From: Actinomycetota bacterium
Lineage (GTDB): Bacteria > Actinomycetota > UBA4738 > HRBIN12
Reading direction: 5' to 3'
NCBI GenBank assembly: GCA_035573995.1
Contig: DATLZM010000016.1
Span: 1-46,511, forward strand
DNA: 46,511 nucleotides
Below are positions 7,938 to 14,935 of this stretch, piece after piece; position 1 is the first letter of the stretch, and the number at the start of each line of letters is the position of its first letter. The position numbers were made by a program, and so were the translations under genes. The notes beneath the pieces were generated by a model. It worked only from the letters and a program-made list of their open reading frames with translations, made no database searches and was not told the origin of the DNA.

Positions 7938-9866
7938 GTGTTCGACCGACGCGGACGGATCGATAGCGCCACGAAACGCGTTGCGCTCATCAGCGAGCAC
8001 GCCTCGCCCGTCGCGGAGCTCGGCGGGGTGGACGCGGGCGGCCAGAACGTCTACGTGGGGGAGCTCGCCCGCCACCTCGTCCGGATGGGCTACGACGTGG
8101 ACGTCTTCACCCGTCGCGACGCGGAGGCCTTGCCCGACGTCGCGGAGTGGGTGGACGGCGTGCGGATCGTCAACGTCCCGGCGGGGCCGCCGCGCTTCGT
8201 CCCCAAGGAGGAGCTCCTGCCGTTCATGGATGCCTTCGCCGACCACGTCGTCGCGTTCTGCGAGCGGCAGCCGGGCGGCTACCAGATCGCGCACGCGAAC
8301 TTCTGGATGTCGGGGCTCGTCGCGGCGGAGCTCAAGCGCCGGCTCCGGATCCCGTTCGTCGTCACCTTCCACGCGCTCGGACGGGTCCGCCGGCTCGCGC
8401 AGGGAGACGCCGACCGCTTCCCCGACCAGCGCTTCGCGATCGAGGACCGCGTCGTGCGGGAGGCCGACCACATCATCGCCGAGTGCCCCCAGGAGGAGGA
8501 GGACCTGATCCGCCTGTACGACGCCGACCCGGTGCGGATCACCGTGATCCCCGCAGGGTTCGATCCGGGCGAGCTCCACCCGATGAGCAAGGAGCTGGCG
8601 CGGGTGGCGGTGGGGCTCCGCCCCGAGGACCGGGTCGTCCTCCACGTGGGCCGGATGGTTCCCCGGAAAGGCGTGGACACGGTGATCGAGGCCCTGGGCC
8701 GCCTGGTCCGGGTGCACGGCATGGAGGCCATCCTGGTGATCGCGGGGGGCGACACCGACCGTCCGGACCCCGAGGCGACGCCGGAGATCGGACGCCTGCA
8801 GCGCGTCGCCCGCCGGGAGAGGGTGGAGGACCGGGTGCGGTTCGTGGGCCGGGTCGGCCGGGAGAAGCTCAAATACTTCTACAACGCCGCCGACGTCTTC
8901 GTTACGACGCCCTGGTACGAGCCCTTCGGGATCACCCCGCTCGAAGCGATGGCCTGTGGGACCCCGGTGATCGGCTCGAACGTCGGCGGGATCAAGTTCA
9001 CCGTCCGCGACGGCGAGACCGGCTACCTCGTGCCCCCGCGGGATCCCGACCGCGTCGCCGAGCGCCTCGCACACCTCTTCGGTCACCCTCGGCTCATGGC
9101 CCTCTTCGGGCGCCAGGGGATTCGACGGACCAACGACCTCTTCACGTGGCGTCACGTGGCGACCGCGGTGGCCGCCCTCTACGAGCAGGTGTGCCTGTCG
9201 GGGAGCACCGACGAGCTCGAGCACGCCGACGAACTCGCGGCCATCGAACGCGCCTTCGCCGGACTCACGCGGTCGCTCGCCGAGGCGAGCTCGATCCTGG
9301 CCCCCGTGATCGCGCGGGCCGGGCGCGTGCTCGTGGAGACCTTCGAGACGGGCGGCAAGGTCCTGATCTGCGGGAACGGCGGCAGCGCCGCCGAGGCCCA
9401 ACACCTGGCCGCGGAGCTCGTCGGCCGCTTCAAGCACCCGGACCGGCCGGGGCTGCCAGCCCTCGCGCTCACCTCCGACTCCGCGGTGATGACGGCGTGG
9501 TCCAACGACGTCGCGTTCGAGGACGTCTTCGCCCGCCAGATCGAGGCCCTGGGGTCGCGCGGCGACGCCCTCCTCTGCCTCTCCACCTCTGGGCGGTCGA
9601 GGAACGTGGTCCGGGCCCTCGAGACCGCCCGGCGCGCCGGCATCCGGACCGTGGCCGTCCTGGGCGGGGACGGGGGACTCGCGCGCAAGCTCTGCGACGT
9701 GGCGGTCGTGGTCCCCTCGACCGAGCCCCAACGCGTCCAAGAGATCCACCTCCTCGTCGTCCACCTCCTGTCCGAGATCGTCGAAGCCCGGCTGTTCTCC
9801 AGACCGTGGGACGAACTCCTGTCCGGCGGCCGTCGGGCGGTGGCGGCACGCAACGACGCGGGATGA
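7938..9866 (+). CDS. fusion protein: GT4 (GT-B, sucrose-phosphate-synthase/MshA-like) glycosyltransferase plus GmhA-type SIS sedoheptulose-7-phosphate isomerase
   Basis: ORF 7875..9866. GTG 7938 is preferred because AGGAGG lies 4 nt upstream. N-terminal part has ALISEHASPVAELGGVDAGGQNVYV and EPFGITPLEAMACGTPV (E-x7-E). C-terminal ~200 aa have GGKVLICGNGGSAAEAQHLAAEL, CLSTSGRSRNV and QEIHLLVVH, which align by eye with GmhA. Confidence 0.85.
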   Translation: MFDRRGRIDSATKRVALISEHASPVAELGGVDAGGQNVYVGELARHLVRMGYDVDVFTRRDAEALPDVAEWVDGVRIVNVPAGPPRFVPKEELLPFMDAFADHVVAFCERQPGGYQIAHANFWMSGLVAAELKRRLRIPFVVTFHALGRVRRLAQGDADRFPDQRFAIEDRVVREADHIIAECPQEEEDLIRLYDADPVRITVIPAGFDPGELHPMSKELARVAVGLRPEDRVVLHVGRMVPRKGVDTVIEALGRLVRVHGMEAILVIAGGDTDRPDPEATPEIGRLQRVARRERVEDRVRFVGRVGREKLKYFYNAADVFVTTPWYEPFGITPLEAMACGTPVIGSNVGGIKFTVRDGETGYLVPPRDPDRVAERLAHLFGHPRLMALFGRQGIRRTNDLFTWRHVATAVAALYEQVCLSGSTDELEHADELAAIERAFAGLTRSLAEASSILAPVIARAGRVLVETFETGGKVLICGNGGSAAEAQHLAAELVGRFKHPDRPGLPALALTSDSAVMTAWSNDVAFEDVFARQIEALGSRGDALLCLSTSGRSRNVVRALETARRAGIRTVAVLGGDGGLARKLCDVAVVVPSTEPQRVQEIHLLVVHLLSEIVEARLFSRPWDELLSGGRRAVAARNDAG

Positions 9867-10624
9867 TGGGGACCGGACCGGCGCCAGGGCGGGAGCCCCA
9901 TCCGCCCCTCGCGGGTACGACGGCCCTCGTCACGGGCGCCGGCCGGGGTCTGGGCCGCGCCATCGCGGCCGTGCTCTCCGACGCCGGCGCCCGCGTGTTC
10001 GCGGCCGACGTGGCCTGGGAGGACGAGCAAGCCGCGGGGGGCAACGAGCCCATCCCGGCGCGGGGGATCGAGCCCATCCTCCTGGACGTAGCCGACCGCG
10101 GATCGGTCCGAGCGGCGGTGGAGGCGGTCGAGGCCGCGGCCGGTCCGATCCGGGTGGTGGTGAACAACGCCGGGATCGACGTGACCGCTCCGTTCGAGGA
10201 GATCGACCCGGCGACGTGGGACCGGATCATCGACGTCAACCTCCGCGGGCCCGCCAACGTCTCCCGCGCCGTGTGGGGATCGATGCGACGCGCCGGCGGG
10301 GGCTCCATCGTGAACGTCGTCTCGACCGCCGCCCGGCGGGCGTGGGCGAACGCCTCCGCCTACCACGCAAGCAAGTGGGGGCTCCTCGGCTTCTCCCACG
10401 CGCTCCACGTGGAAGGGCGGGAGGCAGGGATCCGGGTGACCGCCGTGATCGCCGGGGGGATGCGCACGCCCTTCCTCCTCGACCGCTTCCCGGGGATCGA
10501 TCCCTCGACCCTCCAAGAGCCCGAGGCCGTGGCCGCCGCGGTCCGGTTCGCCGTCACCCAGCCGGAAGGCACCGTGATCCCCGAGATCATGGTGGTGCCG
10601 ACGGCGGAGACGTCCTGGCCGTGA
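9863..10624 (+). CDS. classical short-chain dehydrogenase/reductase
   Basis: Last 253 codons of ORF 8147..10624. Motifs TGAGRGLG, NNAG, S-x(n)-YHASK. ATG 9863 overlaps the upstream stop (ATGA). Confidence 0.85.
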   Translation: MMGTGPAPGREPHPPLAGTTALVTGAGRGLGRAIAAVLSDAGARVFAADVAWEDEQAAGGNEPIPARGIEPILLDVADRGSVRAAVEAVEAAAGPIRVVVNNAGIDVTAPFEEIDPATWDRIIDVNLRGPANVSRAVWGSMRRAGGGSIVNVVSTAARRAWANASAYHASKWGLLGFSHALHVEGREAGIRVTAVIAGGMRTPFLLDRFPGIDPSTLQEPEAVAAAVRFAVTQPEGTVIPEIMVVPTAETSWP

Positions 10625-11799
10625 GCGCTGACTTCGTCGGAGCCCCCTCCGCCGCTGCCGGCGCCGTCGCAGGAGGCCTCCCGGCGCCCACCGGGACGGC
10701 CGACCCGTCCCGGGTGCGCCGCTGGCGGGAAGCCCGCCGGGTCCTCGCCGTCCGCCTGGACGGCATCGGCGACCTGCTCATGACCACGCCGGCCCTCCGG
10801 GCGCTCAAGGCCTCAGCGCCCGGACGGTCGATCACGCTCCTCTGCGCCCGACGGGTGCTGGAGGCGGCAGCCCTCGTTCCGGAGGTGGACCGGTCGATCG
10901 CCCACGACGCGTCCTGGGTGAAGGGGCCGGCTCCGTCGCCTGCGGCCGAGCGGCGTCTCGTCCGGCAGCTCAGGCGGATGCGGTTCGAGGCCGCTGTGAT
11001 CTTCACGGTGTCCACCCAGAGCGCGCTGCCGGCCGCCACCCTCTGCCGTCTCGCCGGGATCCCCCTCCGGTTGGCCCACGTCCGCGAGAAGGTCTACGAC
11101 CTCCTCACGGACCCCGTGCCCGATCCGGAGCCCGAGCGGGACCCCCGACACGAGGTCCGCCGCCAGCTCGATCTCGTGGGCGCGGTCGGCGCGAGGTCGC
11201 CCGACCCGTCCCTCTCCCTCCGGATCCCGGACGCCGCGCGTCGCCGAGCCGCCGAGCTGCTCCGCGCCGCCGGCCTGGACCCGTCCCGCCCGTGGGTCCT
11301 CCTCCACCCGGGCGCCTCGGCGCCCTCCCGGCGCTACCCGGCCCTTTCCTACGGCGCAGCCGCCCAGCTATTGGACGGGGACGGGATCCAGGTGCTGGCG
11401 GTCTCCGGCCCCCGCGAGGAACCGCTCCTGGAGGCGGTCGCCGCCGCGGCGCCGGCCGTCCGTCGCCTCCCGGCCGCGCCCACCTTCGCCGTGCTCGCCG
11501 CGCTCGTCGAGGCCGCCCCGGTCCTGATCGCGAACAACTCGGCCCCGGCCCACGTGGCGGCGGCGGTCGGCACACCCGTCGTCGACCTCTACGCGTGGAC
11601 GAACCCGCAGCACGGTCCCTGGGGCGTCCCGAGCCGGGTGCTCAACCGGGACGTCCCGTGCCGGGGCTGTCGCCGGAGCGTCTGTCCCCTCGGCCACCAC
11701 CACTGCCTCACGCTCGTGCCGCCGGCCGAGGTGGCGGAGGCCGCCCGCGGTCTGCTCGGGATGCGAGCGACCTCCAGACACGTGGCATGGGCCGGATGA
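10621..11799 (+). CDS. glycosyltransferase family 9 (heptosyltransferase) paralog 1
   Basis: RVLAVRLDGIGDLLMTTPALRAL, HPGASAPSRRYP, IANNSAPAHVAAAVGTP. C-terminal CRGC..CPLGHHHC cluster. GTG 10621 overlaps the SDR stop. The start could be a little further downstream. Confidence 0.8.
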   Translation: MSADFVGAPSAAAGAVAGGLPAPTGTADPSRVRRWREARRVLAVRLDGIGDLLMTTPALRALKASAPGRSITLLCARRVLEAAALVPEVDRSIAHDASWVKGPAPSPAAERRLVRQLRRMRFEAAVIFTVSTQSALPAATLCRLAGIPLRLAHVREKVYDLLTDPVPDPEPERDPRHEVRRQLDLVGAVGARSPDPSLSLRIPDAARRRAAELLRAAGLDPSRPWVLLHPGASAPSRRYPALSYGAAAQLLDGDGIQVLAVSGPREEPLLEAVAAAAPAVRRLPAAPTFAVLAALVEAAPVLIANNSAPAHVAAAVGTPVVDLYAWTNPQHGPWGVPSRVLNRDVPCRGCRRSVCPLGHHHCLTLVPPAEVAEAARGLLGMRATSRHVAWAG

Positions 11800-12395
11800 G
11801 GTTTGGCCGTTCGAGCGAGGGGTACGAGGAGCACGTGGAACGCGGCCAGCGGCGGGTCGGTGCGGTCCTCTTCGACCGCGATGGGACCCTGATCGAGGAC
11901 GTCCCGTACAACGCGGAGCCCGCCCGCGTGGTGCCCCGTCCCGGCGCGCGGAGCGCGATCGAGTTGCTCCGAGGCGCTGGGCTGGCCCTGGGCGTGGTCA
12001 CGAACCAGAGCGGGATCGGCCGGGGTCTGGTCGACGCCGCCGCCGTGGCACGGGTGAACCGACGGGTGGAGGAGCTCCTGGGCCCGTTCGGCGTGTGGGC
12101 GATCTGCCCTCACCATCCCGAAGCGGGCTGCGGCTGTCGGAAGCCGGCCCCAGGGCTCGTGCTCCGCGCCGCCGAGGCCTTGGGGCGTGCGCCCGAGGAG
12201 TGCGTGGTGGTGGGCGACACCTGGGCGGACGTGGGCGCCGCGCTCGCCGCGGGCGCCGGCGGCATCCTCGTCCCCAACGACCGTACGCGGCCGGAGGAGC
12301 TGCGCATGGCCCCGGAGGTCCGCGCCTCGCTGACCGAAGCGGCCCAGGCGATCGTGGCCCGCCTACGCCCGCTGGCCACCGAGGGGAGGAGGTAG
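11787..12395 (+). CDS. gmhB: D-glycero-D-manno-heptose 1,7-bisphosphate phosphatase (HAD-IIIA, GmhB-like)
   Basis: LFDRDGTLIED, VVTNQSGIGRG, Zn-type CPHHPEAGCGCRKP, VVGDTWADV. ATG at 11787 or 11796 overlaps the GT9 stop. Confidence 0.8.
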   Translation: MGRMRFGRSSEGYEEHVERGQRRVGAVLFDRDGTLIEDVPYNAEPARVVPRPGARSAIELLRGAGLALGVVTNQSGIGRGLVDAAAVARVNRRVEELLGPFGVWAICPHHPEAGCGCRKPAPGLVLRAAEALGRAPEECVVVGDTWADVGAALAAGAGGILVPNDRTRPEELRMAPEVRASLTEAAQAIVARLRPLATEGRR

Positions 12396-12397
12396 TC

Positions 12398-12805
12398 ATG
12401 CCGAAGACGTCGAGGGAAGGGAAGCCGAGGAAGGGCGAGCTGCCGAAGACCCTCCAACGGTCGCCGGCGAAGGCCCAGCGCACGTACGCGAAGGCCCACG
12501 ACAGCGCGGTCGAGACCTACGGCGAGGGGCAGCGAGCGCACCGCGTCGCGATCGCCGCGCTCAAGCACTCGTTCGAGAAGGTCGGCGACCACTGGGAGCC
12601 GAAGGACCGGAAGGGGCCGTCGGACCCCCGGGCGAAGCGCGGCGGACGCGAGGCCCGGGCCGGCCGGGGCGAGACCTTCGGCGGGATCGACGTCGAGGGT
12701 TCGAGCCGGGCGGAGCTCCTGGAGCGGGCGCGGGCGCTCGGCATCAGGGGCACCTCCCGGATGAACAAGCGGGAGCTCGCCGAGGCCATCGCCCGCGAGC
12801 AGTGA
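12398..12805 (+). CDS. ChaB-like protein with C-terminal Rho-N/SAP-like domain
   Basis: ATG 12398 preceded by GGAGGAGG. LPKTLQRSPAKAQRTYAKAHDSAVETYG is ChaB-like. SRAELLERARALGIRGTSRMNKRELAEAI is a Rho-N-type helix-hairpin. Confidence 0.7.
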   Translation: MPKTSREGKPRKGELPKTLQRSPAKAQRTYAKAHDSAVETYGEGQRAHRVAIAALKHSFEKVGDHWEPKDRKGPSDPRAKRGGREARAGRGETFGGIDVEGSSRAELLERARALGIRGTSRMNKRELAEAIAREQ

Positions 12806-12812
12806 CGCGGCG

Positions 12813-12992
12813 TCATCCCTCCGCGGTCACGTCCCGGAGGAACGCGGCCCGGAGCCGCCGCAGGAGCCGACGGGCCCTCCGCGAGGCGGCCGCCATCTCC
12901 GGTGCGCCGGCCTCCCTGGCGAGGTGCTCGATCGTCTGGAGCTCCTCGAGGACGTCCGAGAACCGGACCGGATCCCCGCCGCGACGGCTCAC
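12813..12992 (-). CDS. small hypothetical helical protein (59 aa; below the ORF-track cut-off)
   Basis: Hand translation: V(GTG)SRRGGDPVRFSDVLEELQTIEHLAREAGAPEMAAASRRARRLLRRLRAAFLRDVTAEG, stop TGA. GAGGGG lies 8 nt upstream. By my count GC3 is ~92%, GC2 ~56% and GC1 ~81%, which is a coding-like pattern. Confidence 0.45.
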   Translation of the reverse strand: MSRRGGDPVRFSDVLEELQTIEHLAREAGAPEMAAASRRARRLLRRLRAAFLRDVTAEG

Positions 12993-13037
12993 CTGCCCAT
13001 CCCCTCACCCGGCTCGCCGGATGGCGACGTCCTCGAC

Positions 13038-13175
13038 CTACCGACCACGTCGCCGCTCCCTGGTCCTGCGGCGCGGGACCGTCCCGCGTTCCAGCGCCAG
13101 GCACTCTTGGCACAGCCCGAGCAGCGAGCGGGTCACCGCGCCGCAGCGTTCGCATCCGATCGCGATGGTCTTCAT
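13038..13175 (-). CDS. small CxxC...CxxC zinc-ribbon protein with Arg-rich tail (45 aa; below the ORF-track cut-off)
   Basis: Hand translation: MKTIAIGCERCGAVTRSLLGLCQECLALERGTVPRRRTRERRRGR, stop TAG. Its ATG overlaps the stop of the upstream gene (ATGA at 13175-13172). GGAGGG lies upstream. Confidence 0.55.
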   Translation of the reverse strand: MKTIAIGCERCGAVTRSLLGLCQECLALERGTVPRRRTRERRRGR

Positions 13176-13798
13176 ACCCGCAGCTTTCCCCCTCCGCCGG
13201 GAGGCGAACCGGCTTCGCGGGGCTCACCCGCCCACGCCGCGTCCGGTCCGCAGCGGCTCCCCGCGTACCTCGCGTCGTTCCCGTCGAACACGTCGAGGTC
13301 CACCCCATCGGGCAGCCCCAGGGAACGGAGCAGCAGCCGGCGATGGTCGCGCCGTGCGACGAACGCCTCGTAGGCCGAGACGACGAAGGGGATCCCCGAC
13401 GCGACGATCCCGCCGAAGATCTGCCGGTAGGCCCGGCGAAGGTTCGCGTAGGCTCGCCCGAGGTCGGGGACGTGTCCCCGGTCCACTTGGCTGGCGGCGG
13501 TCGCGAACCAGTCCCGCGTCGTCACCACCGCCACGGCCTCGTCGACGTCCAGGGCGCCCACGAGCGCCGGGACATCGGGCCACTCGTGCGGCCCCGCGGG
13601 GGGATGCCAGTGAGGCGCGCTCCGCCGGATCACCGGCGGCCGGTCATCGGGTGGCGGCTCGGGGCCGTCGTCGCCGCCGACCACGGCCGTCGGCCGGCAC
13701 CCGGCCAGCACGAGCAGCCGGGCCGTCATCCTGGTCCCGCTCGATTCGGGCCCCAGGACGAGGAAGCCGCGCGAGGGTCGCTGGTTGTGGAGGGCCAT
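13172..13798 (-). CDS. P-loop-like protein, possibly sulfotransferase-fold; function unknown
   Basis: Last 208 codons of ORF 13172..14782 (-), starting at MALHNQRPSRGFLVLGPESSGTRM. GPESSGT resembles a 5'-PSB loop and VVTTRDWFATAAS resembles the R-D-x(6)-S 3'-PB motif of bacterial sulfotransferases. High GC3. Confidence 0.7.
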   Translation of the reverse strand: MALHNQRPSRGFLVLGPESSGTRMTARLLVLAGCRPTAVVGGDDGPEPPPDDRPPVIRRSAPHWHPPAGPHEWPDVPALVGALDVDEAVAVVTTRDWFATAASQVDRGHVPDLGRAYANLRRAYRQIFGGIVASGIPFVVSAYEAFVARRDHRRLLLRSLGLPDGVDLDVFDGNDARYAGSRCGPDAAWAGEPREAGSPPGGGGKLRV

Positions 13799-13819
13799 CG
13801 CCTGGGTATCTCCCCCGCG

Positions 13820-14935
13820 ATGCCCGAGCTGGAACCCCTCCGCCGGGTCGCGATCCTCCGGGCCCTGCGGCTCGGCGACCTGCTGTGCTCGGTGCCGGCC
13901 CTGCGGGCGCTGCGCCGGGCCTGGCCCCACGCCGAGATCACGCTGATCGGCCGGCCCTGGGCCGCGTGGTTCGTGCGCCGGTTCTCCTACCTCCTCGACC
14001 GCTTCCTCGCGCTCCCGGGCTGGCCGGGGGTCACCGAAGAGTTCGACCCCGGCGCGGCCCCGGGGTTCCTCGTCGAGGCGCAGGGGCGCCGCTTCGACCT
14101 GGTGGTCCAGATGCACGGGAGCGGGCTCGCATCGAACCCCCTCGCGCTGCTCCTCGGGGCACGCCGGACCGCCGGCTACTTCCTCCCCGGCCAACCCAGG
14201 CCCGATCCGGAGCTCGCGGTGCCGTACCCCGGGCACGGCCCCGAGGTCCTCCGGCACCTCGAGCTGGCGGCGGCGCTCGGGGCCCCCGCAGGCGGCACGC
14301 ACCTCGAGATACCCGTCCTCCCCGGGGACCACGAACGGCTCACCGCGGCGCTGGGAGGGGAGCGGCTCGACGCGTACGTCGTGCTCCATCCCGGGGCCGC
14401 GGACCCGGCACGCCGCTGGTCCCCCGAGGGGTTCGCGGCGGTGGGCGACCGGCTGGGGCCCGACCTCCGGGTCGTGATCACCGGGACCGATGACGAGCGG
14501 GGGGTGGCTAGGGCGGTCGCGGAAGCGATGGATGCTCCCGCGCTCGACCTGTCGGGGCGAACGGACCTCGACGCGCTGGTGGCGCTCGTCGCGGGAGCCC
14601 GGCTCGTGGTGGCGAACGACACGGGCGTCTCCCACCTCGCCGACGCCCTGGGGGTGCCGAGCGTGGTGGTGTTCACGGCCTCCGACCCGGCCCGCTGGGC
14701 TCCACTGGACCGGGAGCTCCACCCGGTCGCGGTCGGGCCGACGATCGAGCGGAACCCGTGCCGTCACCTCGAGGGCGAACACCGCTGTCTGCGTGACGCC
14801 TGCCGGATCGGTCAGCGGCGGCTGACGGAGATCGCCCGGGACGCGGTGGACCCCGCCCTCGTGGTGGAGCTGGCCCGGCGGGCCCTCGCCCAGCGGTCAT
14901 CGAGGCGCCGAGCGCTCCCGGACCCCGTTGGCTGA
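13820..14935 (+). CDS. glycosyltransferase family 9 (heptosyltransferase) paralog 2
   Basis: Last 371 codons of ORF 12902..14935. RVAILRALRLGDLLCSVPALRAL, HPGAADPARRW, VANDTGVSHLADALGVP. C-terminal Cys/His cluster CRHLEGEHRCLRDAC. Confidence 0.85.
   Translation: MPELEPLRRVAILRALRLGDLLCSVPALRALRRAWPHAEITLIGRPWAAWFVRRFSYLLDRFLALPGWPGVTEEFDPGAAPGFLVEAQGRRFDLVVQMHGSGLASNPLALLLGARRTAGYFLPGQPRPDPELAVPYPGHGPEVLRHLELAAALGAPAGGTHLEIPVLPGDHERLTAALGGERLDAYVVLHPGAADPARRWSPEGFAAVGDRLGPDLRVVITGTDDERGVARAVAEAMDAPALDLSGRTDLDALVALVAGARLVVANDTGVSHLADALGVPSVVVFTASDPARWAPLDRELHPVAVGPTIERNPCRHLEGEHRCLRDACRIGQRRLTEIARDAVDPALVVELARRALAQRSSRRRALPDPVG

Noticed and set aside
12802-13819. Plus-strand ORFs 12802..14493, 12902..13819 (the N-terminal part of the 677-aa ORF) and 12924..13373 as genes.
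   Set aside because: They give Arg/Pro-rich, motif-free translations. The minus strand carries a P-loop-like gene and two coupled small ORFs with coding-like codon-position GC. The GT9 homology begins only at the ATG at 13820.
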